A stretch of DNA of 54,249 bases from Syntrophaceae bacterium UBA2192 (GTDB lineage Bacteria; Desulfobacterota; Syntrophia; Syntrophales; UBA2192), in assembly GCA_002327315.1 (NCBI GenBank), contig DCVI01000197.1, positions 30,468-84,716 on the forward strand. The letters run 5' to 3'. The translations under genes and the position numbers were made by a program. A model generated the notes under the pieces. The model did no database searches and was not told the origin of the DNA. It saw nothing but the letters and a program-made list of their open reading frames with translations. Of this stretch, positions 14,450 to 24,149 are shown one piece after another (position 1 is the first letter of the stretch; every line of letters starts with the position of its first letter).

Positions 14450-16042
14450 ATGTCGCAAAAAAGGATCGCGGTTGTCGGCGCCGGATACTGGGGCAAGAAT
14501 CTGGTCCGGAATTTTTATCAACTGGGAGCCCTCAAAACAATCTGTGACGGCGCTCAAGCGATTCGGGACGAAATGAGCAAGGCCTATCCAGAGTTGTTGG
14601 TCACGGATAAGCTCGATGCTGTTCTGAACGATCCCAATATTCAAGGAGTCGTCGTATCCGTTCCCGCTGCCCTCCATTATGAAATTGCGGAAAAGGCCCT
14701 TCAGGCTGGAAAGCACGTATTCGTGGAAAAGCCCCTTTCGCTGACCTATAGCGATGGCGAAAAACTTGTTCGCCTGGCTGAAGAGCGGAAAAAGGTCCTG
14801 TTCGTCGGCCACATTCTTCAATATCACGCCGCCGTTATTACATTGAAGGCAATGATCAAAGAAGGCAAAATCGGCCGACTCCAGTACATTTACTCCCGTC
14901 GACTCAGCCTTGGTAAAATCCGCCGTGAAGAGAATATCCTCTGGTCCTTCGCCCCTCACGACATATCCGTGATTCTCAGTATCACGGGGGAAGAACCTTC
15001 CTACGTCGACACTGTGGGCGGTAACTTCCTCCATGCGCGCATTCCCGATGTCACCATGACCAATCTCAAGTTCCCCTCAGGCATCGGCGGGCACATCTTT
15101 GTCAGCTGGTTGAATCCCTACAAGGAACAAAAGCTGGTCATCGTGGGCAGCAACGGCATGCTCGTCTTCGATGACACAGAACCGGTAGAGACTAAACTCG
15201 TTCTTTATCCTCATACGATTAATTGGCAAGACGGCATCCCGATCCCGCAGAAGGCAGAGCATGTACTCATCGATCTGAAGCCGATCTGGAAGGAACCGCT
15301 GAGGGCAGAATGCGAGGCCTATCTTTCGGCCATGCAGACGGGGACATTACCCTATACTTGCGGAGAAGAAGGCCTGCGCGTCCTGAAGGTCCTTGAGGCC
15401 AGCCAGAAATCTCTTGAGCAAAAAGAAAGCTCTCTCCCTAAAGTGCGAAAAACAGAAAGCGTGGAACAGAACACTGATTTTTTCATTCACGAAACAGCTA
15501 TCGTCGACGCAGGTGTTGAAATTGGCAAAGGCACAAAGATCTGGCATTTCTCCCATGTTCTTTCGGGATCGAAGATAGGCGTGAACTGCAACATCGGCCA
15601 GAACGTTGTCGTTGGAGCCGACGTTACGATTGGGAATCAATGTAAAATACAAAACAATGTGAGCGTATACAAAGGGGTCACCCTCGAAGACGGCGTTTTT
15701 TGCGGTCCCTCGATGGTCTTCACAAACATATATAACCCCCGGGCAGAAATATCCAAGATGGACCATGTCCGTCCCACCCTCGTAAAGAAAGGCGCCACCC
15801 TGGGAGCCAACTGCACCATTGTCTGTGGTCTTACGATCGGCAGTTATGCCTTCGTTGGTGCGGGAGCCGTCGCGACCAAAAACGTCCCCAACCATGCCCT
15901 GGTGGTGGGCAACCCAGCCAGACAGATCGGTTGGGGCTGTATATGCGGTGAAAGGCTCACAAACGATATGCATTGCACAGCCTGCGGCAAAGAGTACGAG
16001 AAAACCGATGATGGGTTATCTCTGAAAGTTCAAGGTGTTTAG
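14450..16042 (+). CDS. Fusion protein: N-terminal Gfo/Idh/MocA oxidoreductase (WbpB-like) plus C-terminal left-handed beta-helix N-acetyltransferase (WbpD-like)
   Basis: The N-terminus is [19 protein letters not shown]...[10 protein letters not shown]. From about residue 345 there are hexapeptide repeats: [25 protein letters not shown]...[26 protein letters not shown]...[10 protein letters not shown]. Confidence 0.85.
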   Translation: MSQKRIAVVGAGYWGKNLVRNFYQLGALKTICDGAQAIRDEMSKAYPELLVTDKLDAVLNDPNIQGVVVSVPAALHYEIAEKALQAGKHVFVEKPLSLTYSDGEKLVRLAEERKKVLFVGHILQYHAAVITLKAMIKEGKIGRLQYIYSRRLSLGKIRREENILWSFAPHDISVILSITGEEPSYVDTVGGNFLHARIPDVTMTNLKFPSGIGGHIFVSWLNPYKEQKLVIVGSNGMLVFDDTEPVETKLVLYPHTINWQDGIPIPQKAEHVLIDLKPIWKEPLRAECEAYLSAMQTGTLPYTCGEEGLRVLKVLEASQKSLEQKESSLPKVRKTESVEQNTDFFIHETAIVDAGVEIGKGTKIWHFSHVLSGSKIGVNCNIGQNVVVGADVTIGNQCKIQNNVSVYKGVTLEDGVFCGPSMVFTNIYNPRAEISKMDHVRPTLVKKGATLGANCTIVCGLTIGSYAFVGAGAVATKNVPNHALVVGNPARQIGWGCICGERLTNDMHCTACGKEYEKTDDGLSLKVQGV

Positions 16043-16155
16043 GGTCAATCAACCAATTCGGAGGCGAACCATGATTAACAGGGTGACACGTCAACATAAG
16101 CGTTTCTGCATTTTATGGACAGTTTCGCTTTACGGTTGATATCAAGTTATCTGTA

Positions 16156-17442
16156 ATGCTTGTATCCTGGCTGAGATCACAACTGAAAGAAGCAAAATCA
16201 TCTTCTTACTTTCAAGATATCGCTTTATTATCCAGTGGCGGATTAATCGCAAACATAATCGTTGTGGCTGTCATGCCGCTGGCTTCACGCATCTACACCC
16301 CAGAATCCTTTGCTATTGCTAATTTGGTTGTTCTTTGGGCTGGATTTTTTATCGTGCTGGTGACCTATCGACTCGAACTCTTTGTGCAGTTGCCCAAACA
16401 AGACGAGGATGCATGGAACCTAGTGCGATTAGTGGTTTTCTTAGGTATACTATGGACAGTTATCCTCACGCCGGCACTGTGGTTCTGGCGGGAGACCATA
16501 GCAAACCTGGCCGGTCAACAAAAACTTGGACCGTGGCTGACCGCCGTACCGATCACAGCTGCCGCACTGGCGCTGTCAACTGCTCTGCAAGGGTGGAACC
16601 AGCGTCGAGGCAACTATCGGCGCTCTGCAGGGGCGGAAATCGTATCCAAGACAGGTTATGCAGGCACTGTCATCGGCGGGCGCTGGTTGCTGCCTGACGC
16701 CGCTGGTCTTGTGCTGGCCACTCTTAGTTCCCATGCGGTAAAGATTGCGGCGCTCTCCGTGCGTAACCGTCCGGCATCGTATCCTTGGGATAGCCGCAAT
16801 CTGTGGGCGATCGGCCGAACCCACGAGAAATTGGCCGGAGGCATGATTTTCGCTCAACTGTGCCTTTCCTGCACTCTATTGATTCCGGCCATGTACATTT
16901 CTCGCAAGTATGGCGCTGATGCACTTGGGCAGTATTCATTAGCATTCCAGACCGTATGCTTGCCAGAGGCCCTGATTGGAAATGCAATCGGAAATGTTTA
17001 TTACCAACGCATTGCAGAGGAGTGGGTGCGAGGAGGTTCAATCCAAGGTCTCTTTCGTGCAACTGCAATTCGCCTGCTCTTTATCTGCCTGCCCCTGTTT
17101 GCTGTCGGAGCACTGATTTCGCCATGGATAGTGCCTGTAATTTTTGGTGATCAATGGCATGATGCTGGTATATTTGCGGCATTATTGGCAATCAGTTCCT
17201 TCGGCTCTTTCATCAGTACCGCGCTGGGCAGGACATGCATCGTTGTTACGGCATGGTGGTATCCTCCATTATGGCATCTAATGCGTGTAACGACCACGAT
17301 ATCGGTTGTCTGGATTGCAGATTCCATGTCACTGGGGGCAGTTGAATTCATAACGTTGCTCGTGTTCCAGCAACTGGCAGTGTTTGCTCTTGATTTCTTA
17401 TCGCAGCTGTATTTCTCCCAAAGGCGTCTCAAGACGACGTAG
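16156..17442 (+). CDS. Wzx-like oligosaccharide flippase (MOP/polysaccharide biosynthesis protein family)
   Basis: 428 aa and polytopic (about 12 TM). It starts with the pattern typical of Polysacc_synt proteins (...SSGGLIANIIVVAVMPLASRIYTPESFAIANL). Confidence 0.7.
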   Translation: MLVSWLRSQLKEAKSSSYFQDIALLSSGGLIANIIVVAVMPLASRIYTPESFAIANLVVLWAGFFIVLVTYRLELFVQLPKQDEDAWNLVRLVVFLGILWTVILTPALWFWRETIANLAGQQKLGPWLTAVPITAAALALSTALQGWNQRRGNYRRSAGAEIVSKTGYAGTVIGGRWLLPDAAGLVLATLSSHAVKIAALSVRNRPASYPWDSRNLWAIGRTHEKLAGGMIFAQLCLSCTLLIPAMYISRKYGADALGQYSLAFQTVCLPEALIGNAIGNVYYQRIAEEWVRGGSIQGLFRATAIRLLFICLPLFAVGALISPWIVPVIFGDQWHDAGIFAALLAISSFGSFISTALGRTCIVVTAWWYPPLWHLMRVTTTISVVWIADSMSLGAVEFITLLVFQQLAVFALDFLSQLYFSQRRLKTT

Positions 17443-17509
17443 CAACGACAATCTAATGGACGATTTTCACAGGACTGGCTTTTTTCTTTCATAGAATTAT
17501 AGCGTTCCG

Positions 17510-19348
17510 ATGCCAGATATAACAAACTGCAGAACCCAAGCAGCGGCCTTTACAGAATGGGTCATTTTAGTCATTTCGGCAGGCAGTACAGCGGCTGCAC
17601 TTGGTTGGGTGCTTTGGTATTGCCGGTACGGCTTCGATTTTACTGATGAAAGTTATTACCTTGTCTGGCTGTCTAATCCATTCAATTACAGTGTATCGGT
17701 TACGCAGTTCGGGTTTTTTTACCATCCCCTGTATCAGTTTCTCGAGGGGAACATACCCGCATTAAGACAGGTCAATATTCTGACAACTTTTTCCCTGGCG
17801 TGGGTGCTGAGCAGCATTTTTCTGAAAACAGTTTACGGCGACAAGTGTCTTCAGAATGCACCGCGACTCATCATTGCAGGGGCCATTGCCACGGGATCAC
17901 TTATCTTCCTGTCTCTCTGGATACCAACACCGAGCTATAACAGTTTGGCCTTACAGGCATTATTGGTTACATTCATTGGATTGCTTCTGGCAGATTACAA
18001 GATCTGTCGCTCAAGTATTGCAGGTTGGATCTTGATTGGGGTTGGCGGGTGGTTGGCTTTCATGGCAAAGCCCACGACTGCTTCAGCACTCGGGCCGATT
18101 TCAGGATTCTATCTGCTGGCAGCAGGGAAGATGAGACTTCGCCTGCTGGCTATTTCACTGGCCACTGCACTAAGCCTCGTTGCAATCACCGCGTTATCCA
18201 TAGATGGGTCAATCATTGCGTTCTTTAATCGGCTGAAAGAGGGAGTCGATACTGCCAAGACATTGGTTGGCGGCAACTGGGCCGCTCCATTGGTGAGGCT
18301 GGATGATTTTCAGCTTGACGGAGGAGCAAAACACATTTTAACTGCCGGCACAGCAATCTTTGCTTCCGCCGCATATTTAACTCAGTCAAAGAGTAAACCG
18401 ATGTCGTATGCGGGTACCATACTGTCAATCGCATTTGCCCTGGCAAGCATGGCAATCGTGTTTGGAGTTATTCAGGGAAACATGAATGCCGGTTACTTTC
18501 AGGTACTTTTGCTTTGGTCTGTCCCCTTTGCCACACTCGCGGTTGGATTTGCCTTATACCGGTTCAAGGGCCTGCTTCACATTTCGCGCCAGCAATGGGC
18601 CTTGGTGCTAAGTTTCCTTGCATTCCCCTATGTCTATGCATTTGGGACAGGCAATAACTACTGGCTGATGAGTGGACATGCCGGAATCTTTTGGGTGCTG
18701 GCCGGCCTTGTTCTGCTGAGTCCCATCGCTTCGAACAGGAAGTTTCCGGCCATGCTGTTGTCTCTCGGCCTTGCGGTTCAAATGGTGACGGTGTCACTCG
18801 TTCATGCAGGCATCGAAGCGCCCTATCGGCAACCTCAACCCTTGCGAGAACATCGTTACACGCTCGACATTGGAAAGCCTGGATCTACATTGATTCTCCC
18901 TGAAGGGTTCGGTCAATACATCACAGAAGCAATAAGTGCCGCGAAGGCAGCGGGTTTCAAGGAAGGAACGCCGATGGTTGATTTAACGGGACAATCTCCC
19001 GGTATCCTCTATGCGATGGGAGCCAGCAATATTGGGCAACCCTGGACAGTCGGCGGCTACCCGGGGAGCGATACCGTTGCCGCAGCCATGTTGCGCAGGA
19101 GCTCTTGTGAAGATCTTGCTACGGCCTGGCTGCTGACGGAATCCAAGGGGACACAAACACTTTCCCCTGAGATACTCTCGAGCTTTGGTGCGGACATCGA
19201 TACCGATTATCAAGTCGTTGGCATATTCAAGACCGCAGAATGGGCGGGTGCCTATAAAGAGGCCCGTGTGCAGCGGATTTCAAAGCCAGTTCGCTCCATA
19301 GATATTGCTATCTCCGCATGTGCGGCAGCCAGGGCGGCAAAGAAATGA
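17510..19348 (+). CDS. Large polytopic membrane protein with a C-terminal soluble domain; GT-C-fold (ArnT/GtrC-like) glycosyltransferase candidate
   Basis: 612 aa. More than 10 predicted TM helices lie in the first ~440 aa, and an acidic motif [10 protein letters not shown] follows TM1, where GT-C enzymes carry their DE/DD motif. The last ~170 aa are hydrophilic. The CDS is secure; the function is inferred. Confidence 0.55.
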   Translation: MPDITNCRTQAAAFTEWVILVISAGSTAAALGWVLWYCRYGFDFTDESYYLVWLSNPFNYSVSVTQFGFFYHPLYQFLEGNIPALRQVNILTTFSLAWVLSSIFLKTVYGDKCLQNAPRLIIAGAIATGSLIFLSLWIPTPSYNSLALQALLVTFIGLLLADYKICRSSIAGWILIGVGGWLAFMAKPTTASALGPISGFYLLAAGKMRLRLLAISLATALSLVAITALSIDGSIIAFFNRLKEGVDTAKTLVGGNWAAPLVRLDDFQLDGGAKHILTAGTAIFASAAYLTQSKSKPMSYAGTILSIAFALASMAIVFGVIQGNMNAGYFQVLLLWSVPFATLAVGFALYRFKGLLHISRQQWALVLSFLAFPYVYAFGTGNNYWLMSGHAGIFWVLAGLVLLSPIASNRKFPAMLLSLGLAVQMVTVSLVHAGIEAPYRQPQPLREHRYTLDIGKPGSTLILPEGFGQYITEAISAAKAAGFKEGTPMVDLTGQSPGILYAMGASNIGQPWTVGGYPGSDTVAAAMLRRSSCEDLATAWLLTESKGTQTLSPEILSSFGADIDTDYQVVGIFKTAEWAGAYKEARVQRISKPVRSIDIAISACAAARAAKK

Positions 19349-20040
19349 AGAAGATCGCGATTGTGCAATCCAACTACATCCCCTGGAAAGGTTATTTCGA
19401 TCTGATAGCCTCAGTGGATGAGTTCGTTCTCTACGATGATATGCAGTATACCCGACGCGACTGGCGAAACCGAAACCAGATCAAGACACCACGGGGACTG
19501 CAGTGGCTGACCGTGCCTGTCAAGGTGAAGGGAAAATACCACCAGACCATTCGAGAAACGGAGATTGAGGGGACCGGGTGGTCAACGTTGCATTGGAAGT
19601 CTCTCTGCCAACACTATCGCCGCGCAAAATGTTTCAATGCGATGGCACAGGAACTCGAATCAATTTACCTTCTGACAGAATATACACATCTGTCACAGCT
19701 CAACCGCACGCTGATCGAATGGGTGTGCTCGAAACTGGGCATAACGACCCGAATCAGCAACTCTTGGGATTACCAACTGAGTGATGGCAAGACTGAGCGA
19801 TTGGTTGATCTGTGTTGTCAGGCAGGCGGCCGTGAATACATCTCAGGCCCTGCCGCGCGCGGGTATATCGATGAAACCATCTTCGAAGAAAAGGACGTCA
19901 AGCTCACATGGTTCGACTATGGGGGTTATCCCGAATACCCTCAACTATGGGGAGACTTTACCCATGCGGTTTCCATTCTTGACCTGCTGTTCAACTGCGG
20001 CAGCGAAGCGCCACGCTATATGAGGTATGTTCGCGCATGA
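19345..20040 (+). CDS. WbqC-family protein
   Basis: [21 protein letters not shown]... is the characteristic WbqC N-terminus. ATGA overlaps the upstream stop codon. Confidence 0.8.
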   Translation: MKKIAIVQSNYIPWKGYFDLIASVDEFVLYDDMQYTRRDWRNRNQIKTPRGLQWLTVPVKVKGKYHQTIRETEIEGTGWSTLHWKSLCQHYRRAKCFNAMAQELESIYLLTEYTHLSQLNRTLIEWVCSKLGITTRISNSWDYQLSDGKTERLVDLCCQAGGREYISGPAARGYIDETIFEEKDVKLTWFDYGGYPEYPQLWGDFTHAVSILDLLFNCGSEAPRYMRYVRA

Positions 20041-20963
20041 AGCTATCAATCGTTTCCACGCTTTATCAGTCAGCACCATATATTGATGAGTTTTATCGGC
20101 GAGCCACTGAAGCCGCGAAACGCCTGACCGACGAATACGAAATTGTGATCGTTAATGACGGTTCACCAGACGACTCTCTTGCGCGTGTTATTCGTCTTGC
20201 AGAGTTAGATAGTCACGTTATCGTTATCGATTTATCTCGAAACTTCGGCCATCACAAGGCCATGATGACAGGACTGTCGCACGCGCATGCCGAGAATGTA
20301 TTTCTGATCGACAGCGATTTGGAAGAAGAACCCGAGTGGTTGCTGAGCTTTTCTCAGCAAATGGAGCAGGACAGATGCGATGTTGTTTATGGCGTGCAGG
20401 AACGACGGAAAGGGGGGCTGTTCGAGCGATGGAGTGGAGAATGGTTCTACCGATTCTTTCGTGTGCTCACCGGGTTGACCCTGCCGGAAAACATTGTCAC
20501 CGCCCGGTTGATGACGCGTCGTTATGTTGACGCCCTCGTTCGCCACAATGAGCGTGAGGTTTTTATTGCCGGGCTATGGCATATTACTGGATTTGACCAA
20601 CGGCCGCAAACAGTAACAAAACGTAACTCGAGTGAGACGACCTACACCTTTCGGCGGAAAATGTCGATTTTTGTAAACTCAGTCACATCCTTCAGCAACG
20701 CACCACTGAAGGCAATCTTCTATTTTGGAGTTGCAGTCTTTATCCTCGCGGGCGGCTATACGAGCTATCTCATCATCAATTGGTCATTCTTTGCAACACC
20801 CTTGAGTGGATGGACTTCAGTAATGGCATCCATCTGGCTTCTGGGGGGGGCGATCATTTCATTCATCGGTATAATTGGCATTTATCTGTCCAAGATCTTC
20901 ATGGAGACCAAAAATCGCCCATATACCATTGTTCGGCAGATATATGAAAAAAAGCAAGAGTGA
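20037..20963 (+). CDS. GT2 polyprenyl-phosphate glycosyltransferase (ArnC/GtrB/DPM1-like) with C-terminal TM helices
   Basis: [19 protein letters not shown]...[15 protein letters not shown]...[18 protein letters not shown]...IDSDLEE, with two TM helices at the C-terminus. ATGA overlaps the upstream stop codon. Confidence 0.85.
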   Translation: MKLSIVSTLYQSAPYIDEFYRRATEAAKRLTDEYEIVIVNDGSPDDSLARVIRLAELDSHVIVIDLSRNFGHHKAMMTGLSHAHAENVFLIDSDLEEEPEWLLSFSQQMEQDRCDVVYGVQERRKGGLFERWSGEWFYRFFRVLTGLTLPENIVTARLMTRRYVDALVRHNEREVFIAGLWHITGFDQRPQTVTKRNSSETTYTFRRKMSIFVNSVTSFSNAPLKAIFYFGVAVFILAGGYTSYLIINWSFFATPLSGWTSVMASIWLLGGAIISFIGIIGIYLSKIFMETKNRPYTIVRQIYEKKQE

Positions 20964-21579
20964 CCTACTGGCCGAGGTGGCTGACTACTACTCGGCCAAA
21001 CTGGCGGCACACGGCGCAACCCCTCGCGGTGTAGACTGGAACAGTGAGGAAAGCCAAAGACTGCGCTTCGAACAATTGACCAAAATCATTCGGCAACCAC
21101 GGGGCTTCTCGCTGAATGACTTGGGATGTGGCTATGGCGCCCTATCCGATTACTTGCTGTCGAAGTATCAAGACTTTACATACACCGGCTGCGATGTATC
21201 CAGCGATATGATTCTTGCCGCACGGTCCTGTCATTCACCCAGTCCCAATGTTCAATTTGTCGTGGCCGCGGAACCGCCTGCGATGACCGATTATGGAATC
21301 GCCAGCGGCATATTCAATGTAAGGATTGGCCGAAGTGACGCCAAATGGCTCAACTATATTAAAGAAACGCTCGATGTGCTTGATCGGACGAGTCAGCATG
21401 GTTTCGCCTTTAATTGCCTGACCTCCTACTCCGATGCAGACCAGATGCGTGATTATCTTTACTACGCCGACCCTTGCGCGCTGTTTGATCACTGTAAAAG
21501 ACGATACTCGCGTCATATCGCTTTGCTGCACGATTACGGCCTTTATGAATTCACAATCCTAGTGAGAAAGGAACCATGA
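20944..21579 (+). CDS. Class I SAM-dependent methyltransferase
   Basis: SLNDLGCGYGALSDYL (motif I). It overlaps the upstream GT2 by 20 nt. The ORF track begins at an upstream TTG (20875). Confidence 0.75.
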   Translation: MKKSKSDLLAEVADYYSAKLAAHGATPRGVDWNSEESQRLRFEQLTKIIRQPRGFSLNDLGCGYGALSDYLLSKYQDFTYTGCDVSSDMILAARSCHSPSPNVQFVVAAEPPAMTDYGIASGIFNVRIGRSDAKWLNYIKETLDVLDRTSQHGFAFNCLTSYSDADQMRDYLYYADPCALFDHCKRRYSRHIALLHDYGLYEFTILVRKEP

Positions 21580-22238
21580 AAGAGCTGATCATTTTCGGGA
21601 CAGCAGATATTGCCCAACTGGCTTATTTCTATTTTTCAAATGATTCGGACTACAAAGTTGCAGCATTCACGGTAGATGCCGAATATGTTAAAGTTGATGA
21701 ATTCTGTGGCCTTCCTGTTGTGCCCTTTGAAGAAGTAATAGAACAATACCCGCCAGAAAGATATGATATGTTTGTGGCTCTTAGCTATTCAAAACTGAAC
21801 CAGATTAGAAAGGAAAAATACATTGCCGCTCATTCCCTGGGTTATCAACTTGCTAGCTATATCAGTTCACGAGCGACGATTCTCAATGACTTCCGGATAG
21901 GAGATAATTGCTTTATCCTGGAAGATAACACCATTCAGCCCTTTGTCACCATTGGAAACAACGTCACCCTCTGGAGCGGCAACCATATTGGCCATCACTC
22001 TACAATCCACGATCACTGTTTCCTTGCATCACATATTGTGGTTTCCGGCGGTGTAGAAATCGGCGATGCGTGTTTTATAGGCGTCAACGCCACGCTACGG
22101 GATCACATAAAGATAGGAGAAAGGTGTGTGATTGGCGCAGGGACCCTGATCGTGGCTGATGCCGATCCAGAAGGCGTTTACATTGGCAATGCCACCGTGC
22201 GCGCCAATGTTGCAAGCCCGCGATTGACGAAGATATGA
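21576..22238 (+). CDS. NeuD/PglD-family sugar N/O-acyltransferase (left-handed beta-helix)
   Basis: MKELIIFGTADIAQLAYFYF (Rossmann-like N-domain) followed by hexapeptide repeats: IGDNCFILEDNTIQPFVTIGNNVTLWSGNHIGHHSTIHDHCFLASHIVVSGGVEIGDACFIGVNATL. Confidence 0.8.
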   Translation: MKELIIFGTADIAQLAYFYFSNDSDYKVAAFTVDAEYVKVDEFCGLPVVPFEEVIEQYPPERYDMFVALSYSKLNQIRKEKYIAAHSLGYQLASYISSRATILNDFRIGDNCFILEDNTIQPFVTIGNNVTLWSGNHIGHHSTIHDHCFLASHIVVSGGVEIGDACFIGVNATLRDHIKIGERCVIGAGTLIVADADPEGVYIGNATVRANVASPRLTKI

Positions 22239-22246
22239 GGTAAGCG

Positions 22247-23152
22247 ATGAAGTGGAAAAAGTTAGGGCGAGTATTTTGCACGGATGATAATTACGAGTGG
22301 ATGAAAAGTCACGCGGCAGTCGCGATAGCGGAGAATATTGAGAATAATATATTTAGAATTTATTTCGGCACTAGGGACCATTTGAACAGATCCTACACCG
22401 GATACGTGGTAATAGATATATTCTCTCCAAACAATATCCTTGAGCAGTCATCCACCCCTGTCTTGGCCCCAGGGGAGTTGGGGACATTCGACGACAGCGG
22501 TGCATTACCAACATGGCTTGCGGTGAGGGGTAATATTCGATATCTTTATTACATTGGTTGGAATTTGGGGGTCACCGTCCCCTTTCGAAATTCTATTGGT
22601 CTGGCTGTAAGTATCGATGGATCGAATTTTAAGCGTTACGCAGCAGGCCCGATCGTTGATCGCTCATTGCATGAACCGCATTTTTGTGCAAGTTGTTGCG
22701 TTCTGCCAGGAAATGATTTCTGGAGAATGTGGTATCTGTCCTGCGTAGAATGGTCACTCGTAAATGGAGCACCGCAGCATCGTTACCACATAAAGTATGC
22801 CGAGTCGGACGATGGTATTTATTGGCGTCGGAATGGGTTGGTGGCAATTGAATTTAAGAATGATAATGAGTACGCTATATCCAGACCATCAGTTGTGCGC
22901 GATGATGACTGCTGGAGGATGTGGTACTCCTATCGAGGAGCAACTTATCGAATAGGCTATGCAGAATCGGAAGATGGTCGTACTTGGATTCGCCGCGACG
23001 ATTTTGTAGGAATCGATGTGTCGTCGTCTGGATGGGACTCAGAAATGATCGAATACCCTTTTGTCTTCGAACATAATGGGGAGCGGTATATGCTATACAA
23101 TGGAAACGACTATGGACGGACCGGTTTTGGGTTAGCGATAATGGAGAAATAA
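22247..23152 (+). CDS. Beta-propeller protein of the GH32/43/68/130-like fold, function unknown
   Basis: MKWKKLGRVF..., recurring WRMWY / DGxxW blade motifs (FWRMWYLS, CWRMWYSY, SDDGIYWRR, SEDGRTWIR), and no signal peptide. A GAGGT SD lies upstream. Confidence 0.55.
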   Translation: MKWKKLGRVFCTDDNYEWMKSHAAVAIAENIENNIFRIYFGTRDHLNRSYTGYVVIDIFSPNNILEQSSTPVLAPGELGTFDDSGALPTWLAVRGNIRYLYYIGWNLGVTVPFRNSIGLAVSIDGSNFKRYAAGPIVDRSLHEPHFCASCCVLPGNDFWRMWYLSCVEWSLVNGAPQHRYHIKYAESDDGIYWRRNGLVAIEFKNDNEYAISRPSVVRDDDCWRMWYSYRGATYRIGYAESEDGRTWIRRDDFVGIDVSSSGWDSEMIEYPFVFEHNGERYMLYNGNDYGRTGFGLAIMEK

Positions 23153-23529
23153 TGATTCATCGAATCCTTGATCATGGTTACATTTTTTCTACTATTTTCT
23201 TTACTGTATATAGCCAGCTCATTATGCGCTGGCAAGTTACAAAGGCCGGTGCATTACCCCCAGACTGTTCGGGAAAAATTCAGTTTGTCTTATCGTTGCT
23301 CCTCAATCCCTGGGTGATGACCGGTATTGTTGCCACGTTTCTCGCTGGCGTATCCTGGATGCTAGCCATGACGCGCTTCGAAGTCAGTTATGCATTCCCA
23401 TTCGTGAGCCTCATATACATCTTGGTACTTGTCTCAAGCATTTTTTTGTTCCATGAATCTTTAACATTAGCCAAGTTTGCCGGAACGCTTATCGTTATTC
23501 TCGGCATAATAGTAATTGCTCGAGGGTGA
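23152..23529 (+). CDS. Small 4-TM EamA/SMR-like protein (ArnE/ArnF-like lipid-linked sugar flippase candidate)
   Basis: 125 aa with four hydrophobic helices. The C-terminal half, SYAFPFVSLIYILVLVSSIFLFHESLTLAKFAGTLIVILGIIVI, matches the EamA/ArnE pattern. TAATG overlaps the upstream stop codon. Confidence 0.65.
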   Translation: MIHRILDHGYIFSTIFFTVYSQLIMRWQVTKAGALPPDCSGKIQFVLSLLLNPWVMTGIVATFLAGVSWMLAMTRFEVSYAFPFVSLIYILVLVSSIFLFHESLTLAKFAGTLIVILGIIVIARG

Positions 23530-24149
23530 CTATGGGCCAGGTAACAACCGGTTTCCGGACCATTCTTTCTCACCCATATCTTTATAGCATGTTTCAATAT
23601 CTGATGGGAGCGCACCAGGGGCGAATCCGGTTCATTTCTGATTTTGTTCGTCCTGTGCCGGGAAGTGCTATCCTGGATATCGGTTGCGGTACGGCAGACA
23701 TTCTTGATTATTTACCCTGCGTTGATTATTGGGGTTTTGATATCAATCTAGCCTATATCGATCAGGCCAAGGCACGATTCGGCGTGAGGGGAAAGTTCCA
23801 GTGCCAGGAGCTTAAGGCTGCAGACCTCGACAATCTGATGAAGTTCGACATTGTCTTGGCAATTGGATTGCTGCACCACCTCGATGACACCACAGCGGTA
23901 AATACTCTGGTGCTTGCTCATCGAGCGTTGAAACGGGAAGGTCATTTGCTTACGATTGATCCTTGTATAGAGCCCGGGCAAAACCCGATTGCGCGTTTCC
24001 TAGTCACACATGACCGTGGGCAGCATGTCCGCACCTCTGAGGGGTATGCTGCTCTGGTATCCAGCATATTTATGCAGCCTCGCGTAGAGGTCATACACAG
24101 GTCGTGGATTCCCTATACGCACTGCATCATGCAGTGTACTCGCCAATGA
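23526..24149 (+). CDS. Class I SAM-dependent methyltransferase
   Basis: AILDIGCGTADILDYL (motif I) and IVLAIGLLHHL. The start is GTG 23526 (GTGA overlap) or ATG 23532. Confidence 0.8.
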   Translation: MTMGQVTTGFRTILSHPYLYSMFQYLMGAHQGRIRFISDFVRPVPGSAILDIGCGTADILDYLPCVDYWGFDINLAYIDQAKARFGVRGKFQCQELKAADLDNLMKFDIVLAIGLLHHLDDTTAVNTLVLAHRALKREGHLLTIDPCIEPGQNPIARFLVTHDRGQHVRTSEGYAALVSSIFMQPRVEVIHRSWIPYTHCIMQCTRQ

